NCBI GenBank assembly: GCA_025603075.1 | Contig: MU626467.1 | Span: 1 to 33,589 of the forward strand | Origin: Neoconidiobolus thromboides FSU 785 | Taxonomy: Eukaryota; Fungi; Entomophthoromycota | Direction: 5' to 3' | Length of the DNA stretch: 33,589 nt | Part shown: positions 21,869 to 32,300 of the stretch, in pieces | Layout of the letters: every line of letters starts with the position of its first letter | Position numbering within the stretch: position 1 is the stretch's first letter | Position numbers and translations under genes: made by a program | Notes under the pieces: generated by a model | What the model saw: the letters and a program-made list of their open reading frames with translations, nothing else | Database searches by the model: none | Told to the model about the DNA's origin: nothing

Positions 21869-22924
21869 TTATTGAATAGACCTAGACCTAGATCTAGATT
21901 TAGATATAGAACGACTAACACTTCTGCCATATTTTTTAGAGTATCTACCTTTAGAGTTACTTCTAGAAGTATAACTATATCTACGTGGTGGACTATAATC
22001 TCTTCCTCTTGAAACGGATCGAATTGGGGAACGAGATAAAGATCTAGAACGAGATCTGTATCTATTTGGGGAATAAACCGGTCTATAAACTCTTCGATTT
22101 CTTATTGGTGCTCGATATCTACGGACTGGGGAGCGGCTAAAGGATCTTCTGCGGAAATTACGTCCTCGATAATTATTCCTTCTATTACGGTAAACTGGAG
22201 CTAAGTAAAAGTTAGATTTAATAAATAAAAAAGAAAATTAAGTTACAGCGAATTGGAGACCTTGCTCTTCTTTCTACTAAATATCTCACGCTTATTTCAT
22301 TACCATCAATATATCCCTATTAATTTCATTAATATTTTTCTATTTTCCTATACTATCATTTTACCAAGTCCATTGAACCCATAGCAATATCGGTTTCTTC
22401 TTTAGTAGAAAAAAGTACAGCAGCTTTACCTTTAATTTCTTTTCCTAATACACAGTTATTAATTTCAAACTAGTTATAAAAAAACCAACCTGGAGCTCTT
22501 AATGGGAATTGAATATCTTCAATTTTACCAAATAAACTAAATATTTCAATTAAATGATCTTTTGTAACATTTTTAGTAAGATTGGAAACCTCAAGTTTAG
22601 GAACTTTGTCTCTGCTAGAAACAGAGCTAAATGAGCGTCTACTCCTTGATGAATAAGAACGGGATCTATCTCTTATTGGTGATCTTGAAACAGATCTCGA
22701 CCTTGAAACGGATCTATATCTAAAATTATTAGTCATTTTTAATTTATTAATTTGGTACTCCTTACCTTCTTGGTAGCGATCTTGAACGAGATCTTGAACG
22801 AGAATAGGAATAAGAGCGTGAAGGTGATTTTGATCTTGAAACTGCCTTTTCTCTCTTAGGTGATTCAGAGCCCCTAATAATTGTAATTAATCTCTTGGCT
22901 TTGTTGTTTTCATTTTATTTACAT
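21869..22924 (-). CDS. RNPS1: RNPS1-like SR-rich single-RRM protein, ~273 aa, 6 exons: 22924-22923, 22873-22766, 22719-22490, 22444-22365, 22316-22247, 22200-21869
   Basis: S/R-rich N-terminus, RRM (LEVSNLTKNVTKDHLIEIFSLFGKI...KGKAAVLF...MDLGYIDGNEISV) and RS/P-rich C-terminus. The spliced length is a multiple of 3. The first exon is uncertain; an alternative ATG lies at 23038. Confidence 0.85.
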
Positions 22925-23296
22925 GAATTATTAATTTAGAAAATACAAAATTTTTTCACACTTTTAGATTCTTTTTTAGAGCCAGCTTACAAATCTATCT
23001 CTTTTGATTGGCTCGTTTTCTTACCCTTTCCTTAGCATTCTTTGTTTTTAAAATAATATACTAAAACAGATTCTGTATGCTAATTTTCTCTTAATATAAA
23101 TATTGATGCTTTTTGAACACAAGACAGCAAAGTAATTATAAAAAATAAAAATTGATTTTTTATACAAATGTATTTATTATACTTAAAAATTTCAAATTAT
23201 TTAATTGATTTAAAACAAAAGCTCAACTTTTGCAACTGAAAATTGACCATAAATAAATTACGTCACTAAAATGAGATTATATTTTTTAAATAAATA

Positions 23297-25976
23297 ATGA
23301 TGAATCGATTTTTCCAAGCAATAAAAGAAGCTTTAGATGATATTGACGTTGAGTCAGATGCTTCAGAAGTAGAGGAAGGAGAAGAAGAAGGAAAGATAAG
23401 CTTAGAAGTCATAGCGGATAATGATGAGTATGAGCTAATTAATAATAAAATCCCCAATTCAACTTACTCGTTCAACCTTAATGATTCCAATTATTTTGTT
23501 TCAGAAAAAAGCTATGAGTTCAATTTTTGGTGTAAAAAAATATCTTCGTTTGAAAACAAAGAAGTAAAAGTAGTCAGAGCTTATTTAGAACATTAATATT
23601 GAAATTTATAGTTGCTTGAGGACTTTATTAAGTTGGAAAATAACAAAGTAGTAAAAAAAATAGTCTCGTACAAGGAAGTAGCTTTAAACGAGGTAAGTTG
23701 TGACTTTATTTATTTACAATAAATAAGCTTATTTTAAGATTCCATTTAAATAGATAGAAATTTATGAAAACTTAAATAAACTGCATTATATGCAACTTAT
23801 ATGGCCTAGTGTTGGAGTAAATAAAGAAGAATGGGTTCATCAAGCAATCAAACTAGCTAACTCTCATTTAGAGATTAATTTTGCGACTAAAAACATTTCC
23901 TTTTCAGAGAAAGTGGCCAATTCTATCATGAAAAGTATGAAGGATAGTAGATTAAAAAAGATATCTTTGATAAGTAACTAAGTACTTAAAATCTGTTATA
24001 TAATAGTAATAATATGTTTTAAGATTTATATGCCATGTTGTCTACCAGCATTAGTACCAGTTTTAATGAGATTCAGACTACTATGATTTCGCTTTCAATG
24101 TTGTTTAACATTATTCAAAAAGTAAGCTTTATTAGTTTATTTGTTATTAGCAGTGATAATACCTTAATAAGGATTTAAAAAGTGACAATGAAAGTAACGT
24201 TATTTTAGCTCTAAAGGCATTAAGCTGGTTTCCAGATATGGAACTTGTAATCGAATTATTACCTATTATATTTAAACTATTCAACAAAGCACAAAAAGAG
24301 AACAAGTAAGTAACTAGTAAATGATGTTACTTTATATTGACAATTTCTAGCGTAAAAATAATGAAGTATAGTTTGGAATTAATCCATAGGATCACTGCGC
24401 ACAAAAAAGATATAGAAAATATTAACTTAGAATTTGGTGTAGAAATATCTCAATTAATACAAATATTACTAATAGCATTAAAAATGGATGAGTTAAATGA
24501 AATTGGTTTAAATATAGCTTTATTAATAGTTTCAATACCTGGGTTTCCCATTAAAACTATAATATTCTCAGTGACAGCTCTTATTTCAAAATTAAGTTCC
24601 ATCTTCAGTAAATCAACTAATGTTTATAAAAACTTGAATTCACCTTGGACGCAAATAAAAGCACTAAGAATTATAAATGTTGCTGTATCAAACAACTTGT
24701 CCTTAGATAAAATATTTTTACCGCTAGTTATTGATTGCTTTATTAATGCTTCAAATAATATGAGAGGCGGAAGCGGTAATTGAAAACAGATAGAGGATTT
24801 TAAAGTAGCTTATTTATTATTTTATATTAGGTATATTATTTGAGTGCTCCGTTATCCTTGGTAATATGAAGTTAAATAACGAAGATAAAAATTTAATCAG
24901 TGAAAATCAAAAAATCATCAACCACATCAACAAATGTTTGAATGAGCTATTCAATGCTAATCAACCAATAATGTGTCGTTTAGCTTCAAAAATTATGTTA
25001 TCGCTATTGCCACACGCTGATTTATTAAATTTTATGGATTATTTCCATACTTTGTTATCGTTACTTAATTACACTCCTGATATTTCTATTTTAGTAATCA
25101 TTTGTTTTTCAATTTAATAGTTTTGATTAACGTTTTAGGCATGGAAAATTATACTTGAGTTAAAACTTAGTAATGAACAGTTTTATCAAAGTTATATTAC
25201 TATTGAAGATTATCGATTATTAATCAAAGCATCTAATTTATGGATTCATTCTATTGAAAATAGCATGATATTGAATGAAAATAATCAGAATAGCTTTATC
25301 CTTATTAATATAATTGTAGCAAAAATAATACAAAAAATTGATAAAAACAATGACGGAAATGATAGAAATGGATATGATAAACTAAATGAAGATATTTCAC
25401 CAATATCTATTATCATTCAATTGGAGGATTTATTATTTAAAACTAAATTCAAATATTTGGAACCATACATGTCATTGATAATCAAAGTAAGCATTTTGTA
25501 TTTAAAGTATATACGATTAATATTAGTCTAGATTATTAAGGTATTATATAAGCAACTTGAAAACTGTATTGAACAGATTGAGCTTTTAATAGCAGATAAT
25601 TTAATAGATAATATGAAATCAATATGTAATAAGTTAATAATTTATTGTGAGGAATATCAAGGTAATCATTATAGTTATAGTTATAGTTTTTAATTAATAT
25701 TGTCATAGAAGGTCAACTTTCAGATCAAGTGATGGAGATAGCTCAATTGCACCTTATTTTATTTCAAAAAATTATTCATCATTTTAAAATTACTCATAGT
25801 CAACCTATTTTGCCTTTGAAACCACAGTCATTATCTATACTTTGTCATTGGGATAGTCTACTAAAAGTAAGTTATTTTTATCAATTAATGGTTGAACTTA
25901 TATTGATATCAAATAGTATGAAATATTAGCTCATCTAGATGAGAACGATTATCTTAAATTTTATTTGAAAATCTAA
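23297..25976 (+). CDS. Divergent large adaptin subunit, most like AP-4 epsilon, ~727 aa, trunk only, 11 exons: 23297-23563, 23612-23692, 23754-23973, 24024-24121, 24172-24305, 24351-24775, 24831-25093, 25139-25486, 25532-25661, 25709-25866, 25917-25976
   Basis: Joining the six short ORF fragments across ten GT-AG introns (45-61 nt) gives one open frame of 2184 nt. Adaptin_N-type motifs occur in the expected order: HQAIKLA, FNIIQKDLKSDN...LALKAL, SPWTQIKALRII, GILFEC. The epsilon assignment comes from recalled motif similarity. Confidence 0.78.
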
Positions 25977-25997
25977 ATTATTCAACAGAAAATACAA

Positions 25998-26237
25998 TCA
26001 TTTATTTTCATGCTCACACTCGTAGTCACTAAGCTTCATGCATAGTGAAATCGGGAGTACACCAAAAAGTTCTGCATAATGGAATTCATTATTATATAGT
26101 TTACTTCCAATTTCTTTAAGTGTGTCTTGAACCTTAGTTACGACCTCTCGACATGTTTTTACTTTTGTTTCTCTCTCCATAAACATGTTAACCTCATCTT
26201 GATATTTTTCAATATTTGGTATGTCTTTATTTTCCAT
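25998..26237 (-). CDS. Small hypothetical protein, 79 aa
   Basis: AAAATG start context, a charged helical composition and higher GC than its flanks. No family recognised. Confidence 0.5.
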   Translation of the reverse strand: MENKDIPNIEKYQDEVNMFMERETKVKTCREVVTKVQDTLKEIGSKLYNNEFHYAELFGVLPISLCMKLSDYECEHENK

Positions 26238-26244
26238 TTTATTT

Positions 26245-26273
26245 TTATTCTTATTCTTATTCTTATTCTTATT
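26245..26273. repeat. Microsatellite (TTATTC) x ~4.8
   Basis: Read directly, a few bases upstream of the 79-aa ORF start. Confidence 0.85.
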
Positions 26274-27372
26274 TTTTAACTATCATGATTGATTATATAT
26301 ATACTTTTGAATTTTAATATAAAATTAGAATGTGATAATATTTCAGTAAAATATAATACTGCGCGCTATTTAAACTAGTTTATTGGGTGAAATGAGATAG
26401 ATTGATGTTCTAGTATTGTAGAATATGCTTAGTATTCTACTAAGCATTACCAAAGGACATAACTTTATAAAATTTTTACTACTGAAACTAAAATCGAAGT
26501 TTCTAGTTACTTTTTAAAAATCATAGATTAATTTGTAGGTTTCTGTAAAATAAATTCAAAACAAGAGAACTTTAATTTTGTGGCTAAAACAAAAATAATG
26601 ATATAGTTTATGATTATTATAATGTGGATAATAAATATTTGTTTAAATAACCGTTAATTTTAGTAGGATCATGAAAGCCTATATGTGAAGTGTTTCAATA
26701 AAAAAGCATAATGATTTTATTACAGCAGTATTTTTAGCTTATCACGGCTACATCAAGAAAAATTTTTAAACTAATTGAAAAAACTTTTGACAATTATAAA
26801 AACAAAAGTAGACAAAGATGAGTAAAGTATAAAATATTGTAATGAATCAAAAGTTATGATTAAAACTATTATAATTTTCGTTATAAATTGTCATATTTTG
26901 CTTATCATTTTCAATGATAATTCGAAATATTTTAAATCAGTTTTCTCAGGTTTTCTTTGATATAGATGTGATAGGTTGAAATATATTTTAAACAATCTAA
27001 AGTAACCTAGTATAATGATATTTTTAATATAAACAAAACAACAATTGTTTTACTGTTATTTTTTAAATAAGTAAATAAAAGCCATTGTTTTCTCCATTGC
27101 TATCTATAATATAATTATTAAATACTTAGTATAAAAGTTACAAAATACAATAGCATTGTTTTTGTAGGTTATAAAGATAAATACTTTCCTTTAGAACTTA
27201 ATAAACTATCCTTATAACAAAACCATCGAACCTTTACAACAAAATTTATAATATAAGTACTTTTGTTTATTTTGTAAATAGTTTTTTTTCTAATTTTAAA
27301 TACCTTAACTTACTAAACCCTTATTTAACTTGCATATTTACCAAAAAAAATTGAAGGTGAAGAATTTACTAC

Positions 27373-28010
27373 CTCAACTAACTGTGAGATACCTTAAGCC
27401 GATGAGCAAGTATTAATTAAGTCATAGTTTTATAACTAATACTCTAAATACTCAACAAAATCCAGGTAAATATACTTTAAGCTTTATTAAAAAGCACCAA
27501 TTAAGGAGGTCTACAGATAGTTATAGAGCATGGGATAAACCAGAGCTAGGATCGAACGCTGGTAGTCTAAAGGGAGTAATATCTTTTGGATTTGTTTTTT
27601 ATAGCACCGGCTTTGTCTTGTCAAAATAATTGTAGTAGCAAGTTTTTTTTTAATAAAGCCCTGGGTCTACTAACCTGATTACTATACAAAAAAGTTTCCG
27701 AATCCATTTGATTTAAGTGAAAGTATAGAATCAACTAATAAATCCGAAGAGGATATTTGGAAGTCTATAAAAACTGAGTTGCACAGTGGACTGGATTAGC
27801 TAGAATTTTTTTAAATGATACAATGGAGTATGATAAAACTGCTTACAATTTGATAACTACTAGCTGTTTAGTTCTTTAAGCATTTAAAATATGCAAATTA
27901 TAACCCTTTTTATATATTCATTTTCCTTACCATCCCACTTGAAATAAACATTACAGTCTATCAGTAAGTACTCTCATTTACAAAGATCTGTGACATTTGA
28001 GGATTAATAC
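27373..28010 (+). pseudogene. Decayed coding remnant, copy 1 of an old local duplication
   Basis: Aligns with 28319-28994 at offsets 946 and 984. Translated blocks QLT..LKP.SKY and PELGS are shared. Confidence 0.6.
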
Positions 28011-28112
28011 GAGGATGTTTTTTTTGGTTTCATCGCTTTCTCTCTTTTTGAGCGCTATTTAAGCAGAAAGATTGTTAGTAAAATCCTCAAATAAAAGAAT
28101 ACATCTCCATAT
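28007..28112 (-). mobile_element. MITE-like element copy
   Basis: ATAC|GAGGATGTTTTTTTT...AAGAATACATCTCC|ATAT. Confidence 0.82.
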
Positions 28113-28153
28113 GGGGATGTGTTTTTTTGTTTAAGGATTTTACTACAATCTTT
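28109..28153 (+). mobile_element. Truncated MITE-like copy, head-to-head with the previous copy
   Basis: ATAT|GGGGATGTGTTTTTTTGTTTAAGGATTTTACTACAATCTTT, after which similarity stops. It shares the ATAT at 28109-28112. Confidence 0.78.
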
Positions 28154-28318
28154 ATACGTTTTCTTTATAGAACCATAAACCATTAGTATAAGATGGTTAA
28201 GATTTATGCTAGTATATATTTTTTATTAAAAATAATTTTCATTTTAATATCTTAACTTTCCTGAGCTCTAATCTAACCTATATATTTATCAATACGATAT
28301 TTAAAGCGAATTTGCTAA

Positions 28319-28994
28319 CTCAGTTAACCCTAAAGCGCCTCAAGCCTATAAGCAAGTACCAACTAAATTGTTGTATCATAAATAACACTCTAAAGACTCA
28401 TCGAATGTCTGAAAAGCCTAACTTGAATTTCATTAAAGAAAACCTACAAAAAAGGACCATGCCAATTTATACACCCAATAATAGACCAGAGCTGGGATCT
28501 AGTCCTAGAACCTTGGGAGAAGCTTATGCTTTACACTTGTAATTTCTAGTTTAATTGTTACGGGATTAGCTTTAACCTGTCAACATAAATAGCAAGTTAG
28601 TAAAAGCCCCAAAAAGTTGGTGTCTATCAACCCAGAGCCTACTAACTCGTTTCCATTACTTTTAGACAAGTTTGAAAAATTACTTGGTTTAGATGAAGGT
28701 ATAATATCAATTAATGGAACTGAATTAAGCGTTGTAAAATTCATACATACATATATATATATTTGAGTGATGGACTCGAATATCTAAAAAAATAATAAAA
28801 CAAGGCAATCAAATATGAAAAGATTGTTTACTATTTAATAGCTGTCAGCTGCTTGGTTTTCTTAGCTTGTCAAATTCCAAAACTGCAATCTTTTTTTACA
28901 TCCGTTTTGTTTATCACCCCACTTCAAATAGATAATACACTCTATTAACAAGTACCTTCGCCCATAATAATCTATTGCACTTGGGGCTTAATAT
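28319..28994 (+). pseudogene. Decayed coding remnant, copy 2 (includes ORF 28312-28542; may extend through ORF 29073-29351)
   Basis: Homologous to 27373-28010, with scattered stops and frameshifts. Confidence 0.6.
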
Positions 28995-30434
28995 GGTCGC
29001 TCTGGAATCTTTTGCTAGAATAACATGCCTTATGTTTGGCGTTGAACAATTTCTGGTCTTTTATTTAAGTAGGTGATGATAGCTACTTTAGGGCGACGAA
29101 CAGCTATTAAAGCTTTACCCAAGGTTCATAATGGCTCAAAGTTAAGCCCTAGTATAGGAGAATCTGGGTCTATCTTTGTTTCAATAGGTTATACTACACA
29201 CAATCTTCCAAATAAAAAGTTTAGCGTTGTCTCTATACCTTTTCTTGAATTTAGTTTAAAACACTTATTGGTCTTCTTTATGGGACTAGATTTTGTTGGG
29301 ATTGTTGGAGGATGGAAAGCAATTGATCATTGTGTAAGTATCTATTTTTAAAATTTTAATTTCATTTACCATTTTTAGGCGCGTTTTATTAGAGCTTTGT
29401 TTGGATTGTTATATGCCAAATATGGCAGCGATTGGATTTGGATTCCAATTCAAAAGAAAGTTTTTTGATATTATGGATTTATTAGAAAAACAAAATCAGA
29501 AATAATACAGCTATTAAAGCTCAATTAAGCATTTTTTATAGAAATTATTCGGCTTCTATTTGTTTAAATGCTTTATAAAAAGTCTATTCCTTCAGTTTTA
29601 ATAAAATTTGTATCAAAACTCTTATTTCTGAATAATTAGTAAAATGGTGCACATTTGAAACTTAACAGTTGGTTAATAAAAATGTTAGGCTTTAAATGAG
29701 CTTTACTTTTTTAAAAGCCATAAATCGTTTGTAGAAATGAAACAATTATTATTTAGCCTTATTTAGTTTTAAATATCAACTAGGTGAAGCCGAGAACATA
29801 CCTTATAAATACAATATTTGGATTATAACAAGTAAGATGATCTCAAAAGTTTACTTTTACTTCAGGGATAGATTACTTAAACTATCATGAAGAGTATTTT
29901 TTGCAATTGATTATTTTTGTTGTGTAAAAGTTAAGAGTATCCGAATTTACAAAAGTTAGGAGCCTCATTTTCAACCATGTAAGTATATTAATCTTTAACC
30001 CTTAATCACATATACTATCATCTGGTCTGCGCTTTTTAACTTTCTATGCAGAATTTTATTTAATGCTCTATTTATATTATTTTATAGCTTTGGTAACATT
30101 AAGCTATAAAAATATATTTTCATGCACTCCTTTGTTTTCCTCTTATATCGAGAATTTTAATTTCCCACCCTTTATGAATGGAAAGAATTTAAGAATCTAG
30201 CAGCTGAACGGTATTCACGTTTTTAGTTTTGGATATTCTATTTTCTTCAAAAATAATTTAAGTTATTGTTTTTTATGAGAAAATTCTTAATAAAAAATAC
30301 AAAATGATCACAAGATTTTTTAGACCCGCTTCATCATAATCTGCTAAAGAATAGGATTAGTTTATGCTATTTTCAGAAAGCCTAAATACTATATAAATAA
30401 AGAAAATAGGTCATATATATTATTAAAAAATACA

Positions 30435-31487
30435 ATGTTAAAAATTATCAAGTTGTTTACGTTTGCTTTATGTATATGTACTACTACTACATACAAAGTC
30501 AATGCTAGGAATGAATCATCAGCTTCAGTAGTCAGTGTTAGGCGGGCAGTTTCGCCCAAAGGCAGTAACTTTCTAATAGCGGACGTAGCTGCCTTTACAA
30601 AAGATATATTTGCCCCTAGTCTTATTCAAGACTTTTATAAAGTATTTGTGCAACTGCCGCCGAAGAAATTGGTGTCACCAAGAAACGTTAAGCATGGCAC
30701 CATTGAAGATATCCGTAAGAATTTAGTTCGCTCCTTAATTTCTACATGTCCAGCAGAAAAGATCCTCAACCAACAATGCCTTTGTGAACAAACCTATACA
30801 AATATTAAGATTTTCCAAAATGATGATTTTGATTCTTTAGTAACTGTTGCTACAGATGAACAGGATAAATTAATTCTTGTTTCTTATCGTGCTTCATTAA
30901 CTGCTCAAAATTGGGTTACTAATTTCGAATATCCTATGGTTGATTTACCTACTGCAAAAGAGGGTGTGAAAGTACATCATGGGTTTTATTCCAATTACCT
31001 TTCCAGCTATTTCCCTGTACGTAATGCTGTTATTGAATTACTTGATAATCCTATATACAAAAATTTTACGCTACATATAACTGGATATAGTCTAGGAGCT
31101 TCAACTGCAACGATCTCTCTTCCAGATTGGGTTTCTCTTCTTAAATCAAGGTATGATCATAGAAAGATAGAAGCCTATGCTTACGCTTCTCCTCGTCCAG
31201 GAAATGAAGGATTTGCCCAATATATTGCAGATTTGAATGTACCAATAACTAGATACTCTAATAGGAATGATGTTGTTCCTCAACTTGGACCAAGGTCTGG
31301 CGGCTTTGTCCATGCTGCACCAGAAATTCATGAAAGATATATTGGATTTGGTAGAACCGAACTAATTGAATGTAGCCAGGAGTATGATGAAGATCCAAAT
31401 TGTGGTTATAAAGAAAACTTCCCAGTGTCATTAGCTATGCATTTGGCACCTTTAAATGGATTAATACCCTTACCCCCTTACTGCTAA
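30435..31487 (+). CDS. Secreted class-3 triacylglycerol lipase (Rhizomucor/Rhizopus type), 350 aa, intronless
   Basis: Signal peptide and propeptide-like region, then VSYRAS...NWVTN, VHHGFY, the nucleophile elbow TGYSLG, SPRPGN, NDVVPQL, FVHAAPE and a C-terminal HL. Confidence 0.93.
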   Translation: MLKIIKLFTFALCICTTTTYKVNARNESSASVVSVRRAVSPKGSNFLIADVAAFTKDIFAPSLIQDFYKVFVQLPPKKLVSPRNVKHGTIEDIRKNLVRSLISTCPAEKILNQQCLCEQTYTNIKIFQNDDFDSLVTVATDEQDKLILVSYRASLTAQNWVTNFEYPMVDLPTAKEGVKVHHGFYSNYLSSYFPVRNAVIELLDNPIYKNFTLHITGYSLGASTATISLPDWVSLLKSRYDHRKIEAYAYASPRPGNEGFAQYIADLNVPITRYSNRNDVVPQLGPRSGGFVHAAPEIHERYIGFGRTELIECSQEYDEDPNCGYKENFPVSLAMHLAPLNGLIPLPPYC

Positions 31488-31583
31488 TTAATAAATAACT
31501 TTAATTTTTTAAAAACAATTGGTAGAGCTTTATTAGTTTTCTTATTATCTTTAATCACTTTAATATGTGACTTTAAGATAAAA

Positions 31584-31690
31584 ATATGTAGATGTTTTTT
31601 TTGATTTCATTATTTTTTTTCATTTTTTAAGCGGTATTTAAGTGGGAAGATTGTTAGTAAAGTTCTTGAACAAAAAATACATCCCCATAT
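31584..31690 (-). mobile_element. MITE-like element copy
   Basis: ATAT|GTAGATGTTTTTTTT...AAAAAATACATCCCC|ATAT, 97 bp downstream of the lipase stop. Confidence 0.83.
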
Positions 31691-32300
31691 GGTTATAATT
31701 TTATAAACCAAAAAGTGCCTGTATTTGAAAGTTTACGATTTTTGAAGAAGGTATCGATTAGCCTAGATTTGATCTTATACTATCATAGCTGAAAGAAATC
31801 ATGTCTCCTGTTGATATAAAAATTATTTGATAAACCCATTTTTTAGCTTTTGACACAAAACTCCTCCTTATTAAGATAGGTTGAAATGACAATATCATTA
31901 TTGGCTTTATAGGCTATTAGCCAAAAGTAGTTCATTTTTAAAGACTTAGCCGCAATAAAAGTTACCGTTAATAATTAATTATACTGTGTTTAATCTATAC
32001 AATGAAACATAAGTACGCTATGTATCAGAGAAGATTAGGTGTATAAGTATTTGTTAATAAAACTATGTTTTGAGTAAACTTTAACTGTTTTTGATTTTTT
32101 CAATATTATTTTGTCGATTTATCATAACATTTAAAAATACTATTAATTATCATAATAATTTTTTTTGAAAACAAATTGATTGGGAAAATAACAATTATAA
32201 CAATTTATCATGTGGGATTCATTTTAAGTCAATCAAATCTAATAAATTATCTCAATCTGCCCTTATGTATATTTCAAATTACATACCACAAAAAAACAAG

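Noticed and set aside
2851-22012. Small antisense or overlapping ORFs (2851-3042, 4485-4700, 14437-14634, 14921-15139, 19376-19615, 21815-22012; also 23266-23457 and 31146-31331)
   Set aside because: They are shadows of real genes on the other strand or frame, with no independent motifs.
9871-22924. MEX67 and RNPS1, both mRNP export/EJC factors, lying within ~10 kb
   Set aside because: Three unrelated genes lie between them. Without synteny data this is most likely coincidence.
27373-28560. TGA stops at matching positions in a minus-strand frame of both duplicate copies, suggesting a TGA=Trp (mitochondrial) code or NUMT
   Set aside because: TAA stops also occur in that frame, and the + frame has fewer stops plus Leu-synonymous first-position changes. 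The shared TGAs are explained as antisense shadows.
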